This document shows, in pieces, positions 49,901 through 59,680 of a DNA stretch of 64,000 bases. The DNA lies in contig OZ116698.1 in assembly GCA_964199315.1 (NCBI GenBank), forward strand, positions 34,286,001-34,350,000. Direction: 5' to 3'. Each line of letters begins with the position of its first letter. Within the stretch, counting starts at the first letter, position 1. The translations under genes and the position numbers were made by a program. The stretch comes from Orbicella franksi (Eukaryota). The notes under the pieces were generated by a model, which did not search any database, was not told where the DNA came from, and saw only the letters and a program-made list of their open reading frames with translations.

Positions 49901-52900
49901 GGGGATCGGCAATGTGCTGTTGGTGTGTATGGTATTCTGGCTCATCTTCAGCATTGTCGGAGTTCAATTTTTTGGAGGACGATTTTACAAATGCGTCGAC
50001 AGTCAAGGGGAGCGCCTGCCGATCAGCATCGTGCAGAACAGATCGGATTGTGATAGGCTGGGATATCGGTGGATAAATTCTAATATCAACTTCGACAATG
50101 CTGGTAACGGATTTATCGCTCTTTTCCAAGTGGTGAGTCAATGATTTTTTTTTCCTTGAAAGTTTTGTAGGTGTACGGGCATCCCAGTCCCCGTGAGAAG
50201 TACCCAAGAACCACCTCAATTAACCCTCGGGGCTCTCACATTGACCTAGTTCCCAGACGATTTGCTTAAGGATCACCCTATCCTTTTCGGCTTTTCTTGG
50301 ACAACCCCGTTTCTGTGAGGTTTATCCAAAGATCACTGTAATGCTCCAGGTAGCGTGGGCGACTATGCCTCATGCCTGGGAGATCTACGCAAGGGTCACC
50401 CTATCCTGCCGGGATTTTCCTTCGTACTAACACAGGGAACCCAGTTCACGGAAGATTTACCCAAGGATCACCTCATGCCTCGGAGCTTTTCCAAAAGATT
50501 AACCAATCCCAGGGGTAGAAGCTATCCTCAAATGGACTGACTCCGTGTTGTGTTCTTTGTTTAGGCGACGTTTGAAGGATGGATGGAGATCATGAGGGAT
50601 GCTGTTGATGCTAGAGAGGTAGGACTAGTTTATATGCACAAATAACAAGATAAACGTCGACCATTGAAAATGTTATCGGTGTTTGATTTGTTAATACAAC
50701 AGCAGTGGCGGACGAACATTTCACCCGTATAGTTGGGTATTGGTATTGTCATTGTTATTATTAGTAGACAAAGAAGCAAAGCCCTTGCCATTTTTGAAAC
50801 TGAAGTAACTTTTGTTTAATTTATTTGATTAAAGTGATTCATTTCTTTATTCTGGAAAAATAACCGACCTTACATTTTTCACTTTTAGAGAATGCAGAAG
50901 ATAATATCTCAACCAGGAGGCACCTCTTTCAAAGCAGACAGTCAGTCTTGCTTAGCTTTATATTCAGTTTATGCGGATTTTTCTCTTTTTTTTTTCAGAT
51001 TGATGATCAACCGGAAAGCCAACACAGTTTTATTCCTTATTTCTACTTCGTCGTGTTCATAATTGTCGGTTCTTTCTTCACCTTGAACCTGTTTATTGGA
51101 GTCATCATTGATAACTTCAATCGATTGAAGAAACAGGTAAAAACTCATCAGTTTTGAAACATTTCGACTAGAGGTTTGCGACGCGCAATGCGTGAATTTT
51201 GTAAACTCTCGAGCACTCTTCCTGTCGTTTGGGCACAGTTGAATGGCATTCTATGAGAGTTCAGCTCTCTTGAACATTGGGACGGGTTTGGCAATCAACT
51301 TAAAATCACACTTTTTGTACAACAGAAATAGGAATGTATAACAACATAGTACTGAATACTACTAACTATGATAACAGGAAAAGGAATGCAACACAGACAT
51401 CTCCTTTACCCCTTTGGCGTCTTCTTTTGTCTGCCTGGAGATGACAGCTTTTATTTCTTACGCCTTTCCTTGTATTTACGTTCGGTTCCAGTATCTAGCA
51501 TTGTGTGGTGGTGTAAACTCCCGTTTGTAGAAGAGTTTCAAGTCACTTTCGCATATCTAAGTAGTGGCAGACGGTAAAGCCGCCCATGTGCGTCTCATAG
51601 ATTCCACTTTGACTTTTTGTGAATTTTTTTAGTACGAGGACAGTGGAGCACTAGACATTTTCCTGACACCGTCACAGAAGGCTTGGTTCAACACTCTGAA
51701 AAAAGCTGCTAACAAGAAACCAAAGAAAATGATCAGTAGGCCTCAGGTGAGTACTCAATGCAAGCCTTGCAAAAGGAAACTGGGGTCGATGCCAGCTTTC
51801 ACTCCCAAAGAATCAAGATACCGAACAAATAAATAACCTTTAAAAATTCTAAAATCTCTCACTGGATTATTTTTGTATTAAAATTTGTAATTATCGATTA
51901 TGGCTCTATCGCTCGCTCTATCGTTCCAACCGAAAAGGCTGTATCCGCAAAACCGCCAGTAACACTGATATATCTGCAACAACAACAACACTAAATGTCC
52001 TAAATGTTTCACGCCAAGACTGAGACTACTAATTTTATTAAAGGCTTACGAAACAAGATATTAGTGATTATTAGTCAGTCTTTGTAAGCTTTTCTTATAT
52101 CCTTATATGAAAATTTGACTAACTTTATTTGGGGTTTTAGGTTAAATGGCAAGCGAGGTTGTTCGATGTAATTCACAGCTCAAAGTTCGAGACATTGATA
52201 ATGGCGATGATATGTCTCAACATGTTGGTTATGATGATTCAACACCACGGACAGAGTGACGAAGTCGTCCTCACAATGAATATCCTTTTTTAAAACTGCT
52301 GCTGTGTGATTATGTACAAAAATATCAAGACCAAGTGAGTTGTCATTCATAAGAGTTAGAAACAACGGAAAAACACAGAGTACCAGAAAGCCAAAGAGAA
52401 GCCGTGTGATAGGTAAAGACGGGGGCGCAATTGGAAAAAATTCGAAAAGGATCACTGACATAATTTATTTCTTCTTTTTTGGTCAGTTCAAAATATTTCT
52501 ATCACAGAAACACAGAAATGGATGGCTTTTTAAGGTAATAGAAAACACTTTCCCTATTCAGTTGTAGAGTTAATTATATAGAGACCTGGTGAAGGTTTAA
52601 GGGAAATTGTAAAAACCTCTTGTACACGTATGGTTTTTCTTCATCTTAGACTTCCATTTGATTTCCCAGCTCAGTAGCAAGAAGCAAACATGATATGATG
52701 GTCTTGTTTATCATAGCCGCTGTCATTTCAAATCCTAAATCTATAAATATTGTTTTCTGAAAATGTGTATTCCTTAACTACGATCCCGACCTCTCTCGGG
52801 TCATCACATATAATAAACCTCGTATTCACTGCTATATTTACCCTGGAGGCTGTGGTCAGGATTGTTGCCCTCCGTCTACATTATTTCACGCAGCCGTGGA

Positions 52901-55900
52901 ATATCTTCGACTTTACCATCGTGATATTATCAATCATAGGTAAGTGGTACAAAGTAAAAGCAGGAAATAAACGATCTGATTGGCTACTGTAGGTCCTGTA
53001 GGAGTAGCGAACGTGCGTGTAACTAGAACTGAATCGGCCTTATTAACGCCATAGCCGCCATAATGGTTTTAATGTTATAACTCGAATTAGACAAGCAGAC
53101 AGCCCAAGGCAAACATTGACAAGAAGGTAATTTTAAACAAAGTAAGTGCGAAAGTGTTTCGACTACACCTGTCATTCACACTGTGCTCTGTACGTGGCTT
53201 CTGATTACACGAACTAAAGAAATAAAAGAGTGGTTTGACAGGCAAACATTTTTTTGACGCATGTCAAATGTAACGTGCAAGAAACCATGCACGCCCACAT
53301 GGTGATATGCTGGACTAGCATGCTGTAGTGCATGACTTTTAAAATGCGGTGTCAAAAGCGAAGATTGAACGATGAATCAGCACTGCATGAGTTCGATGGG
53401 AAAGGAAGGCCTAAAAATATGACTTACGCTTCATGTCCTTCATCTGTCACTTGCTATCGCAAGTCACTTCATATTTCCGCCCTTAATGCAGATTTTGCAG
53501 AAAAGAGATCGGGTCCATATTTTTGGTGTCCTGTTGCCCCGAGCTAAACTTCCCGGCATCTTCTTCCATCTCATTGTGCCCTAGGGTCTTTCTGTTCCCC
53601 CACCCTTAATGTCCCCAATCCCTAATCATCATGCTCCTCTAGCATGCAGAAGTTTCGTGTGATTACTGATTATTCAGCTTAAGGTAGGCGAATAGCTGGT
53701 GACTTTCATTTAAGATTTGACCCAGCAGTGCATTTTGTCTGACGACGAACTATGAACTAATGAAGGAGAGTTAGTGTCGTGTTTTTTCGTAAGGCAGGTT
53801 GTCAGCCGGACTGTAGGCTTGAATAGATTCGGCTGTGATATTGGCCTGTTTTACTACCTGCCGTCACTACTTTTTAAAATTGGCCCAGACATCGCTTTTG
53901 TGCCCGCTTTTGTCTTGTATTTACTCTTGCTAGGTAATGTCATTAGCAGAGGTTCTTTCACTCTGCTTTTTATGACGACATGTTGTCTTCGTGAGTATTT
54001 TGAAAGTAATACTGCTAAATATAGTAACAATTTTGTAAGTTCTTTGTCACTGGTGGACCTGGAAATGGATTTTCTTTTTGTCTTTTTTTTGCATAACAGC
54101 GACATAAACGAGGCAAACTAAAAAATAGCTCATCTCACACCAGGTTTTTAAAATAAGCTGCGCCTTTTATTTGTGGTTTCCAGTTAATAAGAACTTCCTA
54201 GTCAAACTTTTTTAACCATGCAGCCAAGACTGAGAACACTTCTAAGCCAAGACAAGACAACTATAGCATGAATTTTTGTAGTTTTACTAGTCAAGTTGAA
54301 TTATAATTTTGGGTCGTGTTACAATATAACTATAACGGCAAAATTCACTCTCCCATGTTTCACTTGAAATCACTTTCGAGTACATCTGAAGTATTGACGT
54401 ATTTTTTAAGTATTTCTGTGCCTCGAGACAGGAAATAATTTTGCCGTTTTAGTGGTAAATTAGCTTTCAAGTGCTTTAAAAGCACTTCAAGATATTAGTG
54501 CCGTCTGTTGCGGTGAGACTTTGAGCACAAAATTTATCATAACATCAAGTCTTTGCCGTCATGCTTATTGCTAGCAATTATTTCATACAGCACGCGAGCT
54601 CCAAACTTGACCCTGTTTTTATTTGTTTACAGTGTGATATTGGTTACGTGGTCGGGTTTTAAAAAGTCTCTTACGTAATCCCGAGGAAGGACTACATTTT
54701 CCCGTTGTCACTAGGACATCTTGTTTTTGACTCTTAAAACCCACTGAAATTTAGTTGCCTTTCACTTGCAGAAATTGAAATATTTGGTTTAGTATTGGAT
54801 AAGAACGATAACCACTATAAAATTGTTTAAAATGGATTCCGCTCAAAGTTCAAGCAATAAGTGCAAAAATTATTTACTAAAAATCTTCTCATAGCACGGC
54901 AACTTTTGGAATACAATTTAAATCAACTCACTTTAGTTAATTTCTCTTAGTGACCCCGCGATTAAACTCTCAAGCATTCTCGAGAAAGTTAATGTCAAAC
55001 CTCGTAAGAATGCTTAAAGCTTGTGTTATTGTGTTTTTAACTAACGCGAAACGCCAGTTTTAATTGAAATATGGATAACTTCAAGTTCAATTTTCTTTCG
55101 CGGGGTCAGCTTGGGAACTTAAGTCTGGATAAGTTCTTAACTGTATTAAAAATATTACCATGCCATGAGGTTTTTTTGGTAACTTAATTTTTGCCATTAT
55201 TGCTCGAATGTTCTGCGGAAATCTTCTTAATGTAGCTCTTTTGTGCGCAAAAATATATCAAGTAAATGAAGTTTCGCTTGTTGCGATTTCTCAGTTGATA
55301 CCGTTGTACGAATTTCAATCAAAGCCAGTTTTCAGTCATCTTGTTCTGAAATTAAACTTAATGTCGTTTCGGGTACAAACATTGCCAAGATATAGTGTAG
55401 ACCCTTTTTCACGCCACTTGAATTTGGCCCTCCTCTCCAGTTTTTTCGTGGTTCTCGCCTGGCTCATATTCGCAGTGCATTTTGCATAGATCATTTTGAA
55501 CAGTGGATTATATTTTTAGACTTATTGTTCCTTGTTCATTTTCCCTCCATCACTACTGACAATACTTGCTAGCTCACCCTTCTCTAAAGCGAGCTAAGGC
55601 CCAAGCGCAATTCCCGTTAAACTAACCAAACAGAACAAAAACAGATGTGTGCATTTATTTGTAAGGAAGGCATGTAAAAGGAAAAAAAAACCACACCATT
55701 AGCATTTCTGATCCATCGAAAAATACCGGCGCATTTTGATATGCGCTAATGGCGCGATCATGGCGGAACAATATTTGCGGTCAATTTATAAGTTTGGAAC
55801 TGACTTTTCAGGTTCCAGAACTCGGTCACGGCGGGAGTCAGGCGGGAGTATAATCTGCTTGCGTCATCAGGTCTTTTGATATTATGGCTCTCTTGGTGAT

Positions 55901-58900
55901 TTACGAGTGAAAATTTCTGCTCTTAGCGGATTCATTGAGCCCGCCCAAATTCGTCGCCTACAATATTGCAGAGTAATGTCAGAATTAAGCGAATGATTAA
56001 GTTTCATTTTGTACATTTGGTTAATAGTTCACCTGAGCAGAGATGAAAAATGTTTGGAAATATCTTTGAACTATCTTCTCAGCGGTAAATTAGCGAAGCG
56101 AGACAAGCGGCAGCTGTAATTTACTTGTCACTGCTAGCTGCCTTCAAAGCCCCAATTAACTCCCCTCCTCCACCCACTTCTCCGCCCCTTTCGAGAGCTC
56201 CCACCTCTTTCCACGACACGAAAGGCAAAACAAATTAACTCATAAACCAGAATCCTATTTAGTATATTTTTACGAGTTTGTATATTTTAAACTTCTTCCT
56301 ACCCCTCAAAACGTCTTGAAAAGAAAATGTTGCTAACGGTTGTTAGCAGAAAGATTGACAGCGCAGCTGAAGCGGAAATTAGAAAACCAAAATTGAGAGT
56401 CGGAAACTGGAAACATATTTTTTTACTTCTGTCGTCATAAGTTCAAATAGTTCTCCAATGCACAAACTTGAACGAAAATCGAATTCTCCTTACTGAATCC
56501 CATACATTTCCATACATGTGAGTTCTGAGAATTTAGTGTTACATCAAGACAATATCGCTTAGCTGACGAGTTTCTTTATTCTTGTAACCTGTCCGCCTTT
56601 ACAGTGTAAGTAAGGAGAACTTAATGTTTCACCTGATAGGACTTGACACTAACTTGCAGATACGGGCAGATACGGTGCTTATCATCAGCAAGAACTGAAA
56701 GAGAACGATAGACTATTAGGTTTCCATTCTGTTGGTCTAAATTTTAAATCAACATTCCAAGTATTCGTTGATCGCTAACCTACAGGCTGAAATTTGGCAT
56801 TTAAATAATCAAAAATATAAGAACCTGTTCAGCCTGGCAAAGAAAATTAGGTTCTTATACAAAAAAATCACTCCAATTTTGATGGTCTAAATTCTGGATT
56901 TTAATTGTGCGAGAATTAAAATTAAACGTGTGATTTACAAATTTACTTGTGCTTGCTGTAATGCTTGCTATATCGGCGAAACTGGTCGTCATTTTTCCAC
57001 GCGCGTCCGTGAACATTTCTCTTCAGACAAGTTCTCACACGTCTTCAAACACTTGCAAAGCTCAGAACGTTGTCGTCAATCTTGCTCTGCGGATTGTTTC
57101 GAAATCCTTGATTTAGCTCCTACTAAATTTCAACTTAAACTTAAGGAGGCTATGTATATAAATAGCTGTTATTGCAGTTGAGTCTGCGGTCAAAAATTCT
57201 TTTGTTTTAAAAGGCATGCAAACGAGGCGAAAGGGTCAATACAATGCAGAATAGCTGTTGTTGCAGTTATCAGTGGCTTGACACACAAACGAGGCGAAAG
57301 GGTCAATTCTGCATTGTATTGATCCTTTCGCCTCGTTTGCATGCCTTTTAAAACAAAAGAATTTTTGACCGCAGACTCAGCTGCAATAACAGCTATTGAC
57401 CCTTTCGCCTCGTTTGTGTGTGAAGCCGCTGATAACTGCAATAACAGCTATTGGGAAAAGCTCAATTTAAATCAACAAGTTCATCACGTCAACTTGACAC
57501 CTACGCTTGAGGCTTTATATTCTTTCAAACACTTTGTAACTCACTCAAATTTGCAGTCTATTTTTGTCACTTAATCATAATTAATTATGCATGTTTCGCC
57601 TAGTTGTTATATGGTCCTAACGGTTTTTCAACGGTTATTCTGTAACTGACGATGATGTTAGTAACATCGAAACATGTCTTATAAATTAAAAAATGTCGTA
57701 ATCTTCTTAAAACTTGTGAGAAACTTCTGACAAAAAATTGTTGTGTTTGTGTATATGTTTTCTTTGGTTTACATTGTTTGGATTTTCATTAGAAATGTTT
57801 TCAATAAAGCTACAGTGTGATACAGACAATTTAAAATCTAAATATCTTATGAAATAAAATATAGAAATGTATTGATGTTACTCTGAAAAATAAGAACCTG
57901 TTAAGAACCTAATCAGCCTGAATTGTGAAAAACTACCCTAAAAATATAAGAACCTGTTCAGTCTGAACTCGAAAATTCTAGGTTCTTAAATGCAGGTTTT
58001 TACTGTATACCTTCTCTGGTGGTTACAGCAGAAGTAGCCTAAGAGTTGAACTCGGAATTACTGGTAAGAATTAAATTTGTTGTTGTTGTTTTCTTTGTAG
58101 GAATTATCCTTGAGTATCTTGACTACAGTTTCATTGTCACCCCAAGTTTATTCCGCGTGGCTCGGGTATTTAGAATTGGTCGACTGTTACGCTTCTACAA
58201 AGGCGCCCGAGGTATCCGCAGGCTTCTCTTCGCTCTGGTCATCTCTCTTCCAGCGCTGTTCAACATTGGCGCGTTGTTGTTTCTTGTAATGTTCATATAC
58301 GCGATTATAGGGATGTCATCGTTCGGTTATGTTAAGAAGACTGGCGCACTGAACGATGTAGTGAATTTTGAAACGTTTGGCAGCAGTATGTTGCTGTTAT
58401 TCAGACTGTCTACTTCAGCAGGTTGGAATGACGTGCTTGAACCGCTATTGATAAAAACGCCTGACTGCGATGAAAATTATTTAGGACAGCCATACGGTAA
58501 CTGTGGAATACCATGGCTTGCTATTCTTTACTTCATCACGTTCATACTTTCGACTTTTCTCATTATCATCAACATGTACATAGCCATTATTTTGGAGAAT
58601 CTAAGCCAAGCCCACCAACAAGACGAAGTCGGGATTACAGACGATGATTTGGAAATGTTTTATGCCCATTGGGAACGTTATGACCCCGATGCTAGCCAAT
58701 ACATTCTTCATTCGCAACTGTCAGACTTCGTAGATGGACTTGAACAGCCATTGAGAATTCCGCATCCCAATAAATTTGCGTGCATTAATCTGAATATTCC
58801 CATTAAACAAGGCGATAGGATTCACTGTTTTGACGTGATGCAAGCTTTAGTGCGCAGGGTTATAGGAGATGTTGAAGAAGAAGACGGCTCTGTAGCATTT

Positions 58901-59230
58901 GCTCTCATGAAGTCCCGAATGGAACATCATTTTGTCAGCGCTTTCCCAAAGCGCGCAAAAACTCAAACGGAAAGTACAACATTGAAAAGAATTCAGGAAA
59001 TTCGAGCTGCTACCATCATTCAACGATCGTACAGACAATACCGCTTCCAATTGGAACTTCGGCGATTTAGGCTTCAAAGAAGTCAACAGTTTCATGAGCA
59101 TGGACAGAGTTCGTCTTCGTTAAGAGAGGAAGGACCCTCAGGGAGCGTTCAGGTTTTGGTGCAAGAAAGGGAACCTAGAAACGAGCCTCGAAATACGATT
59201 GTTACGATTACAGATAACGGCTTGTCGTGA
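25499..59230 (+). CDS. Nav2: Voltage-gated sodium channel alpha subunit, Nav2-type (DEEA filter), 25 coding exons per isoform; ~1823 aa from exon 1b or ~1908 aa from exon 1a
   Basis: Four 6-TM repeats with S4 arginine arrays; pore loops ITMDFWE, LCGEWIE, ATFEGW, STSAGW; DIII-IV DIFLT motif; C-terminal IQ motif (ATIIQRSYR). All exon phases join in frame when spliced by hand. The symbol is family-level; the paralog is not determined. Confidence 0.95.
30781..30907. mobile_element. MITE with internal ATCCA(C/G)TGGAT palindromes; related copy at 44019-44163
   Basis: cccagttgttcaaag...tatccactggataa...; the same motifs recur at 44019-44163. Confidence 0.6.
31236..32193. mobile_element. TIR-bounded non-autonomous element containing a LINE 3' fragment
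   Basis: aataggccttcgcaacagttggtcgcgtgac ... gtcacgtcaccgactgttgcaaaaggcccatt. Confidence 0.65.
31505..31830 (+). mobile_element. L2/CR1-type LINE 3' end
   Basis: [16 protein letters not shown](fs)[12 protein letters not shown]...[14 protein letters not shown] followed by a 3' UTR and an (ATTGT)n tail. Confidence 0.85.
33899..34114 (+). CDS. Nav first coding exon 1b (72 codons)
   Basis: gccacgATG with an in-frame stop upstream; contains [13 protein letters not shown] (Nav PLED motif); AAC|GTAAGT phase 0. Confidence 0.8.
37117..37285. mobile_element. Short TIR element (CAGGGACGGCGGAGC termini, hAT-like MITE)
   Basis: cagggacggcggagc ... gctccgccatctctg; no clean TSD. Confidence 0.6.
37455..37582 (+). 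CDS. Nav exon 2 (N-terminal cytoplasmic region)
   Basis: [42 protein letters not shown]; followed by U12 donor GTATCCTTT. Confidence 0.92.
37583..38150 (+). other. U12-type (minor spliceosome) GT-AG intron
   Basis: 5' site GTATCCTTT; branch point TTCCTTAAC at 38132-38140, 10 nt before AG. Confidence 0.9.
38151..38231 (+). CDS. Nav exon 3 (DI S1)
   Basis: [26 protein letters not shown]. Confidence 0.93.
38660..38788 (+). CDS. Nav exon 4 (DI S2-S3)
   Basis: [20 protein letters not shown]...[16 protein letters not shown]. Confidence 0.95.
38978..39188. mobile_element. Degenerate MITE with GGGAACA subrepeats
   Basis: gaggccctgccaggggg ... cagggaggcttc; internal gggaacaagggg and ggaacacggg. 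Confidence 0.5.
39265..39356 (+). CDS. Nav exon 5 (DI S3-S4)
   Basis: [30 protein letters not shown]. Confidence 0.95.
39768..39962 (+). CDS. Nav exon 6 (DI S5)
   Basis: [13 protein letters not shown]...[13 protein letters not shown]. Confidence 0.95.
40181..40241 (+). CDS. Nav exon 7 (DI turret)
   Basis: [20 protein letters not shown]. Confidence 0.9.
40251..40643. repeat. Dispersed repeat ending in a ~104-bp hairpin (40515-40618)
   Basis: gtccaattcagtctgtaatcatactcgtgattaacaaatcggac / gtccgattttgttaatcactcgtatgattacagaccgaattggac. Confidence 0.75.
41224..41365 (+). CDS. Nav exon 8 (DI pore loop, filter D)
   Basis: TCPANYTC...[12 protein letters not shown]...[13 protein letters not shown]. 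Confidence 0.95.
41663..41800 (+). CDS. Nav exon 9 (DI S6)
   Basis: [22 protein letters not shown]. Confidence 0.95.
41916..42117. mobile_element. MITE copy 1 (accttattcccaaggt terminus)
   Basis: Interior is the reverse complement of copy 2 at 45611-45850 (tgtccacgtgagcaaaat versus attttgctcacgtggaca). Confidence 0.65.
42118..42675. repeat. Cluster of dispersed non-coding repeat fragments
   Basis: Internal inverted pair ttgaccaagcgtgaggtcaagatggc / gccatcttggccgaacaagcttggtcaa; recalled as common cnidarian repeats, unverified. Confidence 0.5.
42981..43820 (+). CDS. Nav exon 10 (DI-II linker and DII S1)
   Basis: 840-nt phase 0-0 exon ending [27 protein letters not shown]...VGNM. Confidence 0.92.
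44019..44163. mobile_element. MITE related to 30781-30907
   Basis: ggcctggtgtttgaagg...tatccagtggataa...tatccactggatag...cctttcgagcaacccgggcc. Confidence 0.6.
44251..44442 (+). CDS. Nav exon 11 (DII S2-S4)
   Basis: [13 protein letters not shown]...WNIFDGFIV...LSVLRTFRL. Confidence 0.95.
45139..45290 (+). CDS. Nav exon 12 (DII S4-S5)
   Basis: [17 protein letters not shown]...[10 protein letters not shown]...GMQLFG. Confidence 0.95.
45373..45562 (+). CDS. Nav exon 13 (DII pore loop, filter E)
   Basis: PRWNFNDF...[14 protein letters not shown]...VIGNFL. Confidence 0.95.
45611..45850. mobile_element. MITE copy 2, inverted relative to 41916-42117
   Basis: Same terminus, reverse-complemented interior. 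Confidence 0.65.
46306..46534 (+). CDS. Nav exon 14 (DII S6 and linker)
   Basis: [13 protein letters not shown]... Confidence 0.93.
46798..46883 (+). CDS. Nav exon 15 (DII-III linker)
   Basis: A phase 1-0 exon is needed to join exons 14 and 16; [28 protein letters not shown] with strong splice sites. Confidence 0.85.
46983..47312 (+). CDS. Nav exon 16 (DII-III linker and DIII S1)
   Basis: ...[21 protein letters not shown]. Confidence 0.93.
47425..47598 (+). CDS. Nav exon 17 (DIII S2-S3)
   Basis: VFEDVHL...[15 protein letters not shown]. Confidence 0.95.
48292..48336 (+). CDS. Candidate 45-nt cassette exon in DIII S3-S4 ([15 protein letters not shown])
   Basis: tttattttcag acceptor, TCG|GTAAGA donor, phase 0-0, no stop; starts IS like the next exon. 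Confidence 0.5.
49014..49139 (+). CDS. Nav exon 18 (DIII S3-S4)
   Basis: ISVATV...[24 protein letters not shown]. Confidence 0.95.
49869..50132 (+). CDS. Nav exon 19 (DIII S5 and turret)
   Basis: [20 protein letters not shown]...[15 protein letters not shown]. Confidence 0.95.
50565..50618 (+). CDS. Nav exon 20 (DIII pore loop, filter E)
   Basis: [18 protein letters not shown]. Confidence 0.95.
50999..51136 (+). CDS. Nav exon 21 (DIII S6)
   Basis: [27 protein letters not shown]. Confidence 0.95.
51633..51746 (+). CDS. Nav exon 22 (DIII-IV inactivation linker)
   Basis: [24 protein letters not shown]...ISRPQ. Confidence 0.95.
52141..52279 (+). CDS. Nav exon 23 (DIV S1)
   Basis: [32 protein letters not shown]; followed by ATATCCTTT. 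Confidence 0.9.
52280..52807 (+). other. U12-type AT-AC intron
   Basis: 5' site ATATCCTTT; branch point TTCCTTAAC at 52770-52778; the AC at 52806-52807 is the only nearby AC that restores the frame (M-N-IINLVF). Confidence 0.85.
52808..52939 (+). CDS. Nav exon 24 (DIV S2-S3)
   Basis: [43 protein letters not shown]. Confidence 0.9.
57163..57450. mobile_element. Foldback element with interleaved inverted repeats inserted in the Penelope ORF
   Basis: TAGCTGTTATTGCAG...CTGCAATAACAGCTA; removing it restores ATG TAT ATA AAT TGG GAA AAG. Confidence 0.85.
57642..57682 (+). ncRNA. Minimal type I hammerhead ribozyme motif (Penelope-associated)
   Basis: GUAA-CUGACGA-U-GAUGUUA(G)UAACAUC-GAA-ACAUGU-C-UUAU: core, stem II, palindromic ACAUGU stem III, GUC cleavage triplet and stem I. 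Confidence 0.8.
58101..59230 (+). CDS. Nav terminal exon 25 (DIV S4-S6, filter A, EF-hand-like region, IQ motif, stop)
   Basis: [14 protein letters not shown]...LSTSAGWND...[12 protein letters not shown]...ATIIQRSYR...TGA. Confidence 0.96.
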
Positions 59231-59674
59231 TAAAATGTTTGTAAGTTACGATAGTCAGCTACAAATGACAAGCACGCTTCATTTCATATCAACAATCTTT
59301 AATGCATCAAGGTTTGTGATTCTTGACCAGAGCTTATAAAAACGTCCCTCATAAAACTCGCTACCAATCAAAACGTAGCTACCGTGACATTGAACTAACG
59401 GTTTTCAAGCAGCCCTGATCAACCTCATACATCTGAAATCAGTTAAGTTTGACTTTTTCAAAATTTTCTTTCGCTGATATCAACTTGATACAATTAGCAA
59501 AAATATTTGAATTTTAAAGATACATGTAAACCAAGATTTTAAATTGCTTTACAAAATTTACAACGCACTGGGATATGGGATGGAATAGTACTATTTTATA
59601 AAGCGGTGCAATTGACTGCCTTCCAATGATAGCTTTTTTTATAAAGACACTGTGTGTGCACATCACAATTTGTG

Positions 59675-59680
59675 AATAAA
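59675..59680 (+). terminator. Candidate polyadenylation signal (AATAAA) for the Nav gene
   Basis: First AATAAA I noticed after the stop, ~445 nt downstream. Confidence 0.35.

Larger units (their letters stand above)
56927..57720 (+). mobile_element. Penelope-like element 3' fragment (GIY-YIG, UTR, hammerhead) in the last Nav intron
   Basis: [29 protein letters not shown]...LKLKEAMYI[insert][13 protein letters not shown]; hammerhead at 57642-57682. Confidence 0.85.

Noticed and set aside
53774-54121. Opposing ORFs in the last Nav intron
   Set aside because: Short, no recognisable domain, and no coherent splice partners.
57161-57452. CRISPR-like repeat array
   Set aside because: The repeats are inverted and interleaved with no unique spacers, in eukaryotic DNA with no cas genes.
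58029-58063. Possible poison exon just upstream of the terminal exon
   Set aside because: It would leave a 37-nt intron, probably too short to splice.
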